This document shows positions 38,401 through 47,592 of a DNA stretch of 61,299 nucleotides, one piece after another. This DNA is from Methanobacteriota archaeon. Its GTDB lineage: Archaea > Thermoplasmatota > Poseidoniia > Poseidoniales > Poseidoniaceae. A model generated the notes under the pieces. That model was not told the origin of the DNA. It did not search any database and was given only the letters and a program-made list of their open reading frames with translations. Both the position numbers and the translations under genes were made by a program. The DNA is taken from positions 1 to 61,299 of the forward strand of contig JABGTJ010000012.1 in NCBI GenBank assembly GCA_018691345.1, written 5' to 3'. How positions within the stretch are numbered: the first letter of the stretch is position 1; the number at the start of each line of letters is the position of its first letter.

Positions 38401-39608
38401 TTGTATGCAGTACCGTTTGCGGTGAAGTTCATGGTTGAAGAAGGACTTGTCGAGGTGCTCCCGTTCAGGAAGTTCTGATAGGCTGAAGAGGTCACTGAAT
38501 AGTTTGTACCTGATGTGAGTCCGTTCATTTCTACCGTTGAAGCAGTAAGTGAAGTCGGGGTCACTTCAATTGATTCAATGGTTTGTCCACCTCCAGGTAA
38601 ATCAGTCGTGAGTTCAATGTCATAGATATTTGAAACGGATCCAGAGCCAAATGAAGAATAATGGTACACCATGAAATAGTTCGTTGAATTTGTTGTTGCG
38701 GTGTATTCTGCTGCTTCATTATCGGATGAAGAAGTCATGTAAGCGAAATTATTGAAAGAAAGGGACATTCCTGCAGCATCCTCTAACATCGCATCAATAT
38801 CTCCATTGGCGTGAGTGAATGTCAAATTGAAGTAATAGGTTACACCGTTTATCATTTGTATTTCGAAATAATCCTCATTTGCGACTGATGCCGAATTTAT
38901 TTCAACACTTAGGTCAGTACAATAGACGGGTAAAATTGAGGCTAGGGTTGCAGTTGCAGGAGTGTCGTTTGGTTCTAAGATGTCTGGTGAAGTTGCTGTG
39001 CCGGTACATGGGCTTGGAATGGCGCTTCCATTGCTCCCTCCAGATGAACCATTACCACCAGTCGACGAGGTGCTGAATGTCCACATTTCTAATCCGTATG
39101 AGTCGTAACCATCGTATCTTAGAATCTGAATGTAAATCATACCGCCGTGGGCAGATGATGTAGCGTTCGTTGACACGATTTCAGGGTTGTTACCGAATGA
39201 ACTGTCTATGGTATTCATCGACGAATCGTACATCCACAATTCAAAATCGTTGAAGTAAGTTGTACCGTTTGGAGATGTGTAGGTGGAGTTATAGTTTATT
39301 TCGACGGTTAGTCCTTCATTTGCATTGATTTGCACTGCAAACCAGTCTTCATCATCACCTACGTCTAACTCTCCGAACAATACACCCGTTGCAGACGGGG
39401 CAGTTCCACTCAGATTGATGACTGCTTGACTGCTAACGACGGAAGTCGAATTGTCTGGGAGATCCATGTTGGAGCCCAAATCATTTTGATTAGGCCCGAT
39501 TGCAGAGGCATTGAAAGTAACCGTACTTATGCTCATTAAGAGCAAAACAAGAGCCATCGTCGCGGCGCCAAATCGAACTGTTTTTCCACTACCGTCGTAA
39601 GGGGACAT
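35457..39608 (-). CDS. Large surface protein: signal peptide, two PPC-like domains, Ser/Thr-rich region, 9 x 27-aa and about 9 x 33-aa thrombospondin-type-3 Ca-binding repeats, a C-terminal TM and a cytoplasmic tail
   Basis: 1383 aa ORF with signal-like TMALVLLLMSISTV. DDEDWFAVQINANEGLTVEI and NEDYFEIQMINGVTYYFNL resemble the pre-peptidase C-terminal domain DxDWY.F motif. It also has DGDGYGDN repeats and CPxTPxGxxVDxxGC...DxDxDGVxD repeats. The TM is YAILALLVVCGLGALLVV. Confidence 0.85.
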   Translation of the reverse strand: MSPYDGSGKTVRFGAATMALVLLLMSISTVTFNASAIGPNQNDLGSNMDLPDNSTSVVSSQAVINLSGTAPSATGVLFGELDVGDDEDWFAVQINANEGLTVEINYNSTYTSPNGTTYFNDFELWMYDSSMNTIDSSFGNNPEIVSTNATSSAHGGMIYIQILRYDGYDSYGLEMWTFSTSSTGGNGSSGGSNGSAIPSPCTGTATSPDILEPNDTPATATLASILPVYCTDLSVEINSASVANEDYFEIQMINGVTYYFNLTFTHANGDIDAMLEDAAGMSLSFNNFAYMTSSSDNEAAEYTATTNSTNYFMVYHYSSFGSGSVSNIYDIELTTDLPGGGQTIESIEVTPTSLTASTVEMNGLTSGTNYSVTSSAYQNFLNGSTSTSPSSTMNFTANGTAYNTTLTLQSPMMVESEYCTDVALSDATGVLALDTECTTIEILQSTVLSSTSGSHSATNLSANTDYTLWWFVLNDVDFENNYNSTNDINLALNASAVYQEYINFTSSSTTESWLINWSGITTMDEHILVGILYTANSAINLTTADGYIGVHDDAFIPQLPSLVVDSFSSSSTAATNNVDVKGADLVPGDSYKSLIRITDAGGASIASTSLTSFTATAQNMSLPTFTYSTPNISGAYCAEALLYSNTNVQLIGDSGCFNLIFDDDNDSVANEVDICPNSAAGAIVDIDGCALSQKDSDNDGYNDDVDAFPNDSSQYSDMDGDGYGDNPSGNSPDSFPNDSSQWSDYDADGYGDNQNGNNSDAFPYDSTQWSDSDGDGYGDNASGNNADEYPADSTQWTDQDGDGYGDNPNGTNGDQFPTDNTQWADQDGDGYGDNPTGNSPDEFPTDGTQWTDQDGDGYGDNPTGNNGDAFPTDSTQWSDMDSDGYGDNQAGNDPDAFPMDGTQWSDEDGDGYGDNQNGNAADKFPSEPTQWFDADGDGYGDNANGVSPDQCLNTPAGQTVDLNGCSEQQKDDDLDGVSNSADACPSTPPGETVDATGCSGSQEDADNDGVMDMFDACPLTPLGSEVDDAGCADTQRDTDGDTINDQLDQCPSTTPEMPVNGVGCSAAQRDTDADGVNDMMDTCQSTVIGSEVDENGCANAQRDDDSDAINNDDDACPDTEIGLITNAIGCAENQLDADNDMIDNTVDLCAATPVGQQVNSVGCAESQLDQDNDSIKNDKDLCPDTDESHSINLDGCSGYQLDDDNDGVSNIDDTCPLTPESSIVFDDGCALSQMDTDMDNINDAEDDFPLDPNETTDSDGDGISDTYDYYPNDPNKSEREAESGGIGLTYAILALLVVCGLGALLVVRNNQESPENSSPFAAENHNDTASEAFVSNEQTKQLPPIETQSQEWEENGVNWSKSADGSLHYYDNETGQWILYQTE
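36765..37493 (-). repeat. Nine in-frame tandem 81-nt (27-aa) repeats inside the adhesin gene
   Basis: The repeat unit is D(A/E/K)FPxDx(T/S)QW(S/T)DxDGDGYGDNxxGNxx, from residues 706 to 948. Boundaries were verified codon by codon at 37493 (GAT of DAFPNDSS) and 36764 (GAC of DQCLNT). Confidence 0.9.
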
Positions 39609-39703
39609 AAAACAAACTATGTTTACTGGTTTATCAGCCTATTGAATGATTTTGTCGGCGCACTCACTTGAGTGGCTCAGTTTACCAAGAAATGTCTTGA
39701 AAC

Positions 39704-39943
39704 TCAAATGGCAGTAGGAGCAACATGTCCTTCTTTCTTATCCTCAGGTTTCCGAACACGTGACCAAACTCCACCCATCAATTCGTCATGGTGGGCATCG
39801 CAGTAATGGAAGCGGCGGTAGGCTTCTCGAAATGAATATGCTTTCTTGCCAGTGGCTACCAAGTAACCTTCTGGTGAGAGTCTTGAAACGATTGTCCCTT
39901 CTAAGCCGCATCCAGGGAAATCACACACTGCAGCGCCGGCCAT
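39704..39943 (-). CDS. Small Cys/His-containing hypothetical protein
   Basis: The ORF lies downstream of the biotin carrier gene. It contains CDFPGCG...HYCDAHH, a possible zinc site. The start is ambiguous (ATG at 39943, or GTG at 40000 in the ORF track). Confidence 0.35.
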   Translation of the reverse strand: MAGAAVCDFPGCGLEGTIVSRLSPEGYLVATGKKAYSFREAYRRFHYCDAHHDELMGGVWSRVRKPEDKKEGHVAPTAI

Positions 39944-40018
39944 AGTAACTACAGGCGCTGACAGGTCTTTAAGGGTCGTATCTCGTCTTAATGAGAACAC
40001 AGTTTTTACAGTTATTCT

Positions 40019-40420
40019 TCACTCTGCTTCGGGTGCAGGTTCAATCACGACAAGAGGAATATTTGCTTCGATAGCTTGGCCTTCTTCACAATGAACGATG
40101 GTGACCGTACCGCTGATTGGTGCTTGAATTTCATTTTGCATTTTCATCGCCTCAAGGATGAGGATCACTTGTCCTTCGGTGACTTGGTCACCTTCATTGA
40201 CTTCAACAGTAACAACCTTGCCTGGGATGTTTGCTGATACTGTACCAGATTTCTTCTTCTTTCCCCCGCTGGTTCTCTTCTTTTTTGCAACAGGTGCTGC
40301 ATCTGGGATTTCGATTTGGAACGTTTTTCCTTCAACCGTTGCCGACCAAATTTTTCCTTCACCTTCAACAACGACTTCAAATTCGACGCCGTCAACAATT
40401 ACTTTTCTCGTTTCTGACAT
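40019..40420 (-). CDS. Biotin carboxyl carrier / biotinyl-domain subunit
   Basis: C-terminal biotinyl domain with the EAMKMQNEI biotinylation motif, a Lys-rich linker (KKKRTSGGKKKKSG) and a small N-terminal domain like the 1.3S / MmdC-type carriers. Confidence 0.85.
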   Translation of the reverse strand: MSETRKVIVDGVEFEVVVEGEGKIWSATVEGKTFQIEIPDAAPVAKKKRTSGGKKKKSGTVSANIPGKVVTVEVNEGDQVTEGQVILILEAMKMQNEIQAPISGTVTIVHCEEGQAIEANIPLVVIEPAPEAE

Positions 40421-40424
40421 CGTT

Positions 40425-40625
40425 TCACTTCCATGGTGAGCGGCTCGCTCTTTGGTGCATGAGTGAGGATTGACCCATGCTCATTCGGCGATGGTCTTGA
40501 GACCAAGCCAGCCCAGGATTACGAGCAACTTGTCCGGGGTCATCGCCTGACTGAGTAAGTATGGACATGACAGCTGCAATGGCTGCCATTCGCAAAGTAT
40601 CATCGTTCGTTTTGGTCATGACCAT
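40425..40625 (-). CDS. Small subunit-like ORF between the carboxyltransferase and the biotin carrier (OadG/MmdD- or epsilon-like?)
   Basis: 66 aa, tightly packed (3-4 nt gaps) between two carboxylase genes. LRMAAIAAVMSIL resembles the AAIAAA motif of small decarboxylase/carboxylase subunits. This is a weak match. Confidence 0.35.
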   Translation of the reverse strand: MVMTKTNDDTLRMAAIAAVMSILTQSGDDPGQVARNPGLAWSQDHRRMSMGQSSLMHQRASRSPWK

Positions 40626-40628
40626 GCC

Positions 40629-42182
40629 TCACAATGGGATGTTGCCGTGCTTGCGAGCAGGTCGAAGTTCCTCTTTATCGATCAACATTTCAAGCGCTCT
40701 GCAAAGTTTGTTTCTCGTTTGATTTGGTTCGATGACATCGTCCAGATATCCAAGCGCAGCTGCGGTGTATGGGTTTGCAAATTTCTCATTGAAATCTTCG
40801 GTCAAGCGTTGGCGCTCTTGTTCTGCATTTCGAGAACTTGAGATACGCTTGCGATGAATAATTTCAACAGCACCATCCGCACCCATTACTGCGAGTTCCC
40901 CAGTTGGCCATGCGACGTTGTAATCGCCTCGAATATGTTTTGAAGACATGACATCGTACGCTCCACCGTAGGCTTTGCGAAGAATGACGGTGAGTTTTGG
41001 TACGGTTGCTTCTGCAAAGGCATAGAGGAGTTTCGCTCCGTGTCGAATAATCCCACCCCATTCTTGGTTGGTGCCAGGTAGGAATCCAGGTACGTCTTCC
41101 AACGTGATGATTGGAATATTAAACGCATCACAGAAACGCACAAAACGCGCCGCTTTGTCGCTTGCATCGATGTCGAGGCATCCTGCCAAAACTTTCGGTT
41201 GGTTCGCAACTACGCCGACCGTGTGTCCACCAAGGTGGCCAAATCCAATAACGATGTTTTGCGCCCAATCGGATTGAACTTCGAGGAAACCGCCGTCATC
41301 AAGAATTTCTGTGATGACATCAACCACATCGTATGCTTTTGTCGCTTGATCGGGCATGATGGAGTCGAGTGCATCGCATGAACGGTCGATGGGGTCGTTG
41401 GTCTTCTTTGTAGGTGGGCGTTCGAGATTGTTCTGCGGTAGGAGGTCGCACAGGTCTCGTGCCATCTGAATTGCTGCTTCATCATCTGCGACTGTAAAGT
41501 GGGATACGCCTGATTTTGTACCGTGCGTTGATGCACCGCCGAGGTCTTCGAAACTCACTTCTTCATTGGTGACCGTTTTGATCACTTCTGGTCCGGTGAT
41601 GAACATGTATGAGGATTCTTCGACCATGATGATGAAATCAGTGATGGCGGGCGAATAGACTGCGCCACCTGCACAAGGACCCATGATGACCGAAATTTGC
41701 GGAACTACGCCGGATGCTCGAACATTTCGAAAGAAAATCTCGGCATAACTTCCCAGCGATGCGACTCCTTCTTGGATTCGGGCGCCACCTGAATCGTTTA
41801 AACCAATCACTGGCCGACCCGTTTTGAGTGCCATGTCGAGAACTTTACAGATTTTGAGCCCGTGCATTTCGCCGAGTGAACCGCCATATGCGGTGAAGTC
41901 TTGAGCGAATGTGAACACTTGACGTCCGTTAATAGAACCGTGGCCCGTGACCACTCCATCGCCAGGAATGATGTCATTGTCCATGCCGAAATCTCTACAG
42001 CGGTGTTCTACCAGTGCGTCAATTTCTTGGAATGTGCCCTCATCAAGAAGAACTTCAATGCGCTCCCGTGCAGTCATTTTCCCCTTTTGGTGCTGCCTAT
42101 CAATTCGTTCTTGGCCTCCGCCAATCTCACTTCGAGATTTGCGATTGCGTAGGTCTTGAAGTCGTTCTTCAGTCGATGCCAT
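40629..42182 (-). CDS. Acyl-CoA carboxyltransferase (propionyl-CoA carboxylase beta / methylmalonyl-CoA decarboxylase alpha family)
   Basis: 517 aa with the full-length carboxyl_transferase pattern ([25 protein letters not shown]-like [31 protein letters not shown]). Confidence 0.92.
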   Translation of the reverse strand: MASTEERLQDLRNRKSRSEIGGGQERIDRQHQKGKMTARERIEVLLDEGTFQEIDALVEHRCRDFGMDNDIIPGDGVVTGHGSINGRQVFTFAQDFTAYGGSLGEMHGLKICKVLDMALKTGRPVIGLNDSGGARIQEGVASLGSYAEIFFRNVRASGVVPQISVIMGPCAGGAVYSPAITDFIIMVEESSYMFITGPEVIKTVTNEEVSFEDLGGASTHGTKSGVSHFTVADDEAAIQMARDLCDLLPQNNLERPPTKKTNDPIDRSCDALDSIMPDQATKAYDVVDVITEILDDGGFLEVQSDWAQNIVIGFGHLGGHTVGVVANQPKVLAGCLDIDASDKAARFVRFCDAFNIPIITLEDVPGFLPGTNQEWGGIIRHGAKLLYAFAEATVPKLTVILRKAYGGAYDVMSSKHIRGDYNVAWPTGELAVMGADGAVEIIHRKRISSSRNAEQERQRLTEDFNEKFANPYTAAALGYLDDVIEPNQTRNKLCRALEMLIDKEELRPARKHGNIPL

Positions 42183-42342
42183 AGGCTTCCCCGAGCGGTC
42201 TACGCAAAACCCGCCCTTATGCGTTGCCTATGGATGAATTGAGAATCGAGGGTATTTTCACTCCAACCAAAAGTTCGTTGTCTGGCCCTCTCATGCGTCC
42301 ATACAGGGGTGTGTTGATAGGGAGGCAGTACCTGCAACAACC

Positions 42343-42789
42343 ATGAGCGAACCATGGCGAATCGTAGTAGCCAAGCCCGGTTTAGACGGTCACGACCGAG
42401 GCGCTAAAGTTGTGGCAAGAGCGTTAAGGGACGCAGGAAACGAAGTCATCTACACCGGTCTACGACGCAGTGCCCAACAAATCGTAGACACCGTTCGTGA
42501 CGAAGATGCGCGATTTCTAGGCTTATCCTCTCTCTCCGGCGCCCATCAGCACCTTTTCCCAAAGGTGTGTGATTTACTCAAGCATGAAGGTTTGAATGAT
42601 GTGATTGTCTTCGGAGGCGGAATTATTCCAGTTGACGACAGAGACGCCTTATTCGCCTGTGGGATCCGAGCAATATTCGGTCCAGGCACGCCTACAACCG
42701 AGATTCTCCAGTTCATTGAAGAGGCAGTTCAAGTAGAGAACTCCGGTGTTGGAGAAGGAAGCGACTGGTATTGGACCTCATCGGCATGA
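42343..42789 (+). CDS. Methylmalonyl-CoA mutase, small B12-binding subunit
   Basis: VVAKPGLDGHDRGAKVVARALRDAGNEVIYTG contains the DxHxxG cobalamin-binding motif. The size (148 aa) is typical of the archaeal split MCM small subunit. Confidence 0.9.
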   Translation: MSEPWRIVVAKPGLDGHDRGAKVVARALRDAGNEVIYTGLRRSAQQIVDTVRDEDARFLGLSSLSGAHQHLFPKVCDLLKHEGLNDVIVFGGGIIPVDDRDALFACGIRAIFGPGTPTTEILQFIEEAVQVENSGVGEGSDWYWTSSA

Positions 42790-42798
42790 GGTGTTCAT

Positions 42799-43710
42799 AT
42801 GACTGCGGAATATCTCATCGATGCAAAGTCTGGAGACCGGCGTTCTTTAGCTCGGATTCTCAGCGCAATCGAAAACAGATCGCTTCGATTAGATGAAGCT
42901 CTTGACGTTCTTGGTCCTGTGCCACCTTTGCCAGACGACGACTGGCAAACATTAGCAATCACCGGTGCACCGGGCGTAGGGAAGTCTTGCTTGTTGGATG
43001 GGCTACTCACTTCTTGGGCCAAGCAAGGTTTACGGGTTGCTGTTTTGGCAGTTGACCCTTCTTCTCCTCGCACTGGTGGTGCGCTGTTGGGTGACCGTGT
43101 TCGAATGACCGTCGTTGACGATAAGGAATTGAACCAACAAATCTACTTCCGTTCTGTAGCGACGCGCAAGGCATCAGGCAGCGTGCCGGTTATCGTCGAG
43201 GATATGACGAAAGTCTTGCTTTCACTTGGATGGGAGAAAGTGGTCATTGAAACGGTAGGTGCCGGCCAATCCGAAGTTCGTTGTGCTGCTTTAGCTGACC
43301 GAATTGTCGTGGTTGAAGGACCAGCACGCGGTGATGGTATTCAGGCGGAAAAAGCGGGCTTGCTCGAACTTGCCGATGCAGTCCTTGTCAACAAATCCGA
43401 CCTTCCAGGGGCTGCATTACATGCAGATGAAATTCGAGAATCGTTTGAATTAGGTATTGGCTCCACACCTCCTGTCGCCCTCACTTCAGCCCTTCACGGT
43501 ACTGGAATCGATGAAGCAGCAACTGTTCTTCTCCAACTTCCTTCATCTGGCCGTTCGGTACGGGCGCGATGGAGAGAGAGGTTACTAGCATTTCATGAAC
43601 GGAAAATTTTGGAGTCTCCAAAACTTGACGATTTACTCCATCAATTAGCGAAGGGTTCAATTCATTTGGATGAAGCCATGAGGCTCATAGGTGGGTTTGC
43701 CGATGAGTGA
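42799..43710 (+). CDS. meaB: MeaB/ArgK G-protein chaperone for methylmalonyl-CoA mutase
   Basis: P-loop GAPGVGKS, ETVGAGQSE switch region and NKSD (VNKSDL). Confidence 0.9.
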   Translation: MTAEYLIDAKSGDRRSLARILSAIENRSLRLDEALDVLGPVPPLPDDDWQTLAITGAPGVGKSCLLDGLLTSWAKQGLRVAVLAVDPSSPRTGGALLGDRVRMTVVDDKELNQQIYFRSVATRKASGSVPVIVEDMTKVLLSLGWEKVVIETVGAGQSEVRCAALADRIVVVEGPARGDGIQAEKAGLLELADAVLVNKSDLPGAALHADEIRESFELGIGSTPPVALTSALHGTGIDEAATVLLQLPSSGRSVRARWRERLLAFHERKILESPKLDDLLHQLAKGSIHLDEAMRLIGGFADE

Positions 43711-44326
43711 ACAAGTCGAACTAACAAACCCAGTCGAACTTTCAGTCGGAGGCCTGGGTGGTCATATTTTTCGCAGAACGATTCACCTTGGGATGTCTTT
43801 TCTACCATTCATATATTTCCAATGGGGCGAGTCAGCTGCGGATTTGTTTGGCTTAACGCTGCCTCAGTTTGTCTCCTGCGTGGTTTTTCTATTGTTTGCT
43901 GCTGAAGCAACCCGTCTCAAATTTGGACTTACCATTTACGGTCAAAGGGAATATGAAGCGAGGCAAATTTCAGCGTTGGGATGGGGTGCATTTGGAATTG
44001 GTTTAGTTTTCCTTCTTGCACCAACAGAAGAATACATTTGGCCAATAATTCTCTCTTTATCTCTCGGTGACCCTTTCCTTGGTGAGATGCGCCGTAAAGG
44101 TATGACGACTCGTAACGTCATCCTTTCCTCAACATTTTTTCTTTTCCTTGTGTGGGTTGCTTGTTGGCACTTCGTCCAAACTCCACTTTGGTTGGCCTTT
44201 CTCTTCGCACCCCTATGTGTTGCATCAGAATGGCCTCGTCTAAGGTACATTGACGATAATGCAACCATGGTGTTGATTCCACTCGGTATGGTTCTCTTGT
44301 TGGAGCCCTTCCTTGGGTTGTTGTAA
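43703..44326 (+). CDS. Polyprenol/dolichol (phytol)-kinase-like CTP-dependent membrane protein
   Basis: Multi-pass membrane protein with FRRTIHLG, EATRL, LGDPFLGEMRRKG and YIDDNATMVLIP. These resemble the conserved blocks of the Sec59/VTE5 kinase family. Its ATG overlaps the meaB stop. Confidence 0.5.
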   Translation: MSEQVELTNPVELSVGGLGGHIFRRTIHLGMSFLPFIYFQWGESAADLFGLTLPQFVSCVVFLLFAAEATRLKFGLTIYGQREYEARQISALGWGAFGIGLVFLLAPTEEYIWPIILSLSLGDPFLGEMRRKGMTTRNVILSSTFFLFLVWVACWHFVQTPLWLAFLFAPLCVASEWPRLRYIDDNATMVLIPLGMVLLLEPFLGLL

Positions 44327-44553
44327 GGCTCTGTCCGTACATGATGATTCCATATGTTCAAATGATGGTTCAAACTGGGAAGGTTGAGTGATGAGTATGA
44401 GTGAAGAGACGAAGGGGTCAGAGCCTCCACAAATTACCTATTTTGTCGTGTTTTCTCTCTCCATCATTTTTCTGGCTATTTCGATGGTTCGATACCCGCT
44501 TTGGGGCCTATGATTGGGCAATGATTGAAGAAGTAAGCCTCTGAGGTTCGCTC

Positions 44554-46338
44554 ATGTGTGGCATTGGAGGAATGTTCGGTCAACCGGATACTTCAGTGGT
44601 TCACCGTATGAATTCACTTCTTTCTCATCGAGGACCAGATGGCAGCGATGTATGGAGCGACGATTCAGTCGCTTTAGGGCACACTCGCCTTGCCATTGTC
44701 GACCTGATTGGGAGTGCTCAACCTCTGTTCGGCCCAGCAGGTGAAGTTCTTGTGGTGAACGGCGAGATCTACAATCATCAATCCTTACGTTCACAACATT
44801 CTCAATACCTTTGGACCACTCAAGGCGATTCTGAATCCATTCTTTCGCTCCTTCATTCTGCTAGAAGCAAATCGAACGGCGTTCTCAGCGCTGGCCAGCA
44901 TGCAAATTGGTTGAATCGGTTGAATGGTATGTATGCCATCGCTCTTTGGGATGCAGGAGCAAAGCAACTCATACTTGCTCGAGACCCGATGGGAATCAAA
45001 CCCCTTGTCCGTACTCAAGTCGATGGTTCCCTACTTTTTGCAAGTGAAACCAAAGCATTACGTGCGCATGAATCTTACGTTCCTGCCATAGATGAACTTG
45101 CCTTAGTGGCCCGGATTGCATGGGAATATCCATTGGATGGAACCACGTTGTTCAAGGATGTAGTTCAAGTTCGACCAGGTACAGTCGAAGTCTGGTGTCT
45201 CGATAACGAGGGTCGGCCTTATCTCCAAGATTCAGCTGTGATTGAACGACAATACGTCGAACCTTCAGCATCATGGAATCCAGATACCAATGCTGAATCG
45301 CTCTTGGAAAGTTTTGTTGAGGGTGTTTCTGAACGCTTGATGGCAGATGTTCCAGTTGGAATTGTTCTTTCCGGCGGACTTGATTCATCTCTGGTTGCCG
45401 CCGTAGCCCATGAGGCAGCAGAACGGGCACAACAGCCTGTTCCAGCGTGTTGGACGGTTGCTGAAAGTGAGGACAATCCAGATTGGATTGCGGCAGAAGA
45501 GGTCGCTTCATCTTTTGATTTAGAACACCATCAGCATATTTTGGAACCTGGCTCTTTCGAGACAAAGTTGCCAGATTTGGCTTGGCATGGAGAGGACCTC
45601 GATGTGACCGTCTTGTTTTTCCAACCACTGTTCCAAAAGATGTCGGAACAAGTGAAAGTTGGTCTGTGCGGACAGGGTGCGGATGAGTTGCATGCGGGTT
45701 ATCCTCGCTACCGAGATTTGAAACAGCACAGCGATTTAATCGATGCACGTTTGGCCTCAATGTCACACCCACTCGCACGTCAAATCGAAAACAAAGCCCT
45801 TCCAATTGGGGAGAACTGGTACACTTCAGACCATACTGGGTCAAGCCACACCGGTTCACTTGATGAGTTCCTTCAATTCGAACTTGACCACGGCCAACTC
45901 TCCAATTTCCAGCTTCGCTTAGTGGATCGACATTCAATGGCTCATTCTCTTGAAGTGCGTGTGCCTTTCCTTTCGTCGTCACATCGTAAAGCCAGTCATC
46001 GATTGCCTATGGATTGGCGTCTTCCCGTAAACGGAGATGAAAAAGCGGCTCTGCGTTCTGCAGCAGGCCTCACCTCCTTGCCTCGGAACATTGTGCACCG
46101 CCCGAAACTGCCTGCTGGAAGAGCGACATCCCCGGGATTAATCGATACCTTACTGAATGATTTCAAACCACAAACGGATGCCATCATTGCTCGGTATCCT
46201 CTTTTGGCAGGGGCGTTGAACACTCAACATGAAATAGCACTTGGATTAGGACTGTTTGAAGCAATGCATATACTTGGAGACGGCCATCGTAAACCTACGG
46301 GCTCAACCTATGATTTGCTTAATGAGGTGATTGGATGA
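44554..46338 (+). CDS. asnB: Asparagine synthase (glutamine-hydrolysing) family amidotransferase
   Basis: N-terminal nucleophile MCGI, GHTRLAIVD, NGEIYN and the PP-loop SGGLDSS. Confidence 0.9.
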   Translation: MCGIGGMFGQPDTSVVHRMNSLLSHRGPDGSDVWSDDSVALGHTRLAIVDLIGSAQPLFGPAGEVLVVNGEIYNHQSLRSQHSQYLWTTQGDSESILSLLHSARSKSNGVLSAGQHANWLNRLNGMYAIALWDAGAKQLILARDPMGIKPLVRTQVDGSLLFASETKALRAHESYVPAIDELALVARIAWEYPLDGTTLFKDVVQVRPGTVEVWCLDNEGRPYLQDSAVIERQYVEPSASWNPDTNAESLLESFVEGVSERLMADVPVGIVLSGGLDSSLVAAVAHEAAERAQQPVPACWTVAESEDNPDWIAAEEVASSFDLEHHQHILEPGSFETKLPDLAWHGEDLDVTVLFFQPLFQKMSEQVKVGLCGQGADELHAGYPRYRDLKQHSDLIDARLASMSHPLARQIENKALPIGENWYTSDHTGSSHTGSLDEFLQFELDHGQLSNFQLRLVDRHSMAHSLEVRVPFLSSSHRKASHRLPMDWRLPVNGDEKAALRSAAGLTSLPRNIVHRPKLPAGRATSPGLIDTLLNDFKPQTDAIIARYPLLAGALNTQHEIALGLGLFEAMHILGDGHRKPTGSTYDLLNEVIG

Positions 46339-47555
46339 CATTTGTTCACAACTTAACTGAACTTCTTGAAAGTAAGCGTGAAGTGATTACAAATTGGATG
46401 GAAGAGAAACGTAAAGCTGTGCCTATCCCGATTTACGGTAGCGTCGACATTCGTGATGCTGGATGGAAAATTGGAGTGGTCGATGCAAACCATTTTCCGG
46501 CAGGTTTCAACAACGTCTCGGAAGAAGATAAACCCGCATTGGCACTACTTTTACACAACCACATCGCCAGAGAATACAACGACTGCAAATGGGTTCATCT
46601 CTATCCTGAGTCGCACACGAGAAATAAGGGGTATGTGGAAAACATTGCTGCTCTAAAGGAACTTTTGTTGCTTGGCGGCTTCAAATGCACCGTTGGTTCA
46701 TTGGATTTCGAAAATCTAGGGCATCTTGTTGGTCTTTCCGGACCACTCAAATTGGATCCAGTTGTTTCAGAAACTATTGACGGAGAAGACATATTGCTGA
46801 TTAACGGCTCGAAACCAGATCTGGTTTTGCTAAACAACGATCTCACGGAGGGTCTGATCGAAGGATTTGGCAACCAAGTCGTATCTCCTCCCCCTTCAAT
46901 GGGTTGGCATCGGCGGCGAAAATCTCAGCACTACGAAGTGCTCAAAGTCTATGTTGACGAAATCTCGCAACTTCTCGGAATCGACCCGTGGTACCTGATG
47001 GCGGATTGGTTTGTCTCAAATGATAAATGTCTCGAAAAAGAAGCATGTAGAAAAGATTTAGCCATTGAAGTCGATGTATTCCTTGATTCAATTCGAACCA
47101 AATATCAATCGCTCGGAATCGAACGTAAACCGGTCGCTTTCATCAAGAACGACCGAGGTACATACGGCCTCGGAATTATGGCGGTTCACAGCGGTGCTGA
47201 ACTGCTTGAACTTTCCAATCGTAAGATGAAGAAACTCATGTATTCCAAAGGTGGAGTAAATGTTGATAATTTTTTGATTCAGGAAGGGATTCCTACTTCA
47301 TTGAAGACCGATGATGGTGCGCCGGTGGAACCCGTTGTTTACTTGGTAGATGGGCAGGCAAGTTCCTGGTTCTATAGAATAAATGCGAAGCGGTCCGACA
47401 TCGAAAATTTGAATTCTCCGAGCGCTACGTTCGAATCGTTTGCTCAATCCGGTCGTCGCTACGGTGAGCATGCCCATGGTTGGCATGCTCTGGTTGCAGA
47501 ACTTTCCATGCTGGCTATGGGCCAAGAATTGCTCTCGTACGGTAGCGCTGAGTGA
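46335..47555 (+). CDS. Glutamate--cysteine ligase-like protein (GshA family of the Acidithiobacillus type), tentative
   Basis: The N-terminal block PIPIYGSVDIRDAGWKIGVVDANHFPAGFNNV matches my recollection of the conserved start of the PF08886/TIGR02049 GshA family. The length is about 400 aa. ATGA overlap with asnB. Confidence 0.5.
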   Translation: MTFVHNLTELLESKREVITNWMEEKRKAVPIPIYGSVDIRDAGWKIGVVDANHFPAGFNNVSEEDKPALALLLHNHIAREYNDCKWVHLYPESHTRNKGYVENIAALKELLLLGGFKCTVGSLDFENLGHLVGLSGPLKLDPVVSETIDGEDILLINGSKPDLVLLNNDLTEGLIEGFGNQVVSPPPSMGWHRRRKSQHYEVLKVYVDEISQLLGIDPWYLMADWFVSNDKCLEKEACRKDLAIEVDVFLDSIRTKYQSLGIERKPVAFIKNDRGTYGLGIMAVHSGAELLELSNRKMKKLMYSKGGVNVDNFLIQEGIPTSLKTDDGAPVEPVVYLVDGQASSWFYRINAKRSDIENLNSPSATFESFAQSGRRYGEHAHGWHALVAELSMLAMGQELLSYGSAE

Positions 47556-47592
47556 ACCCGCTCTTGCTAAGAGGAGAACCGCATCGGCAAAC

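Noticed and set aside
45152-45982. 276 aa antisense ORF within asnB
   Set aside because: It has no recognisable motifs and an Arg/Pro/Leu-rich composition typical of antisense frames. The sense frame carries the complete AsnB motifs.
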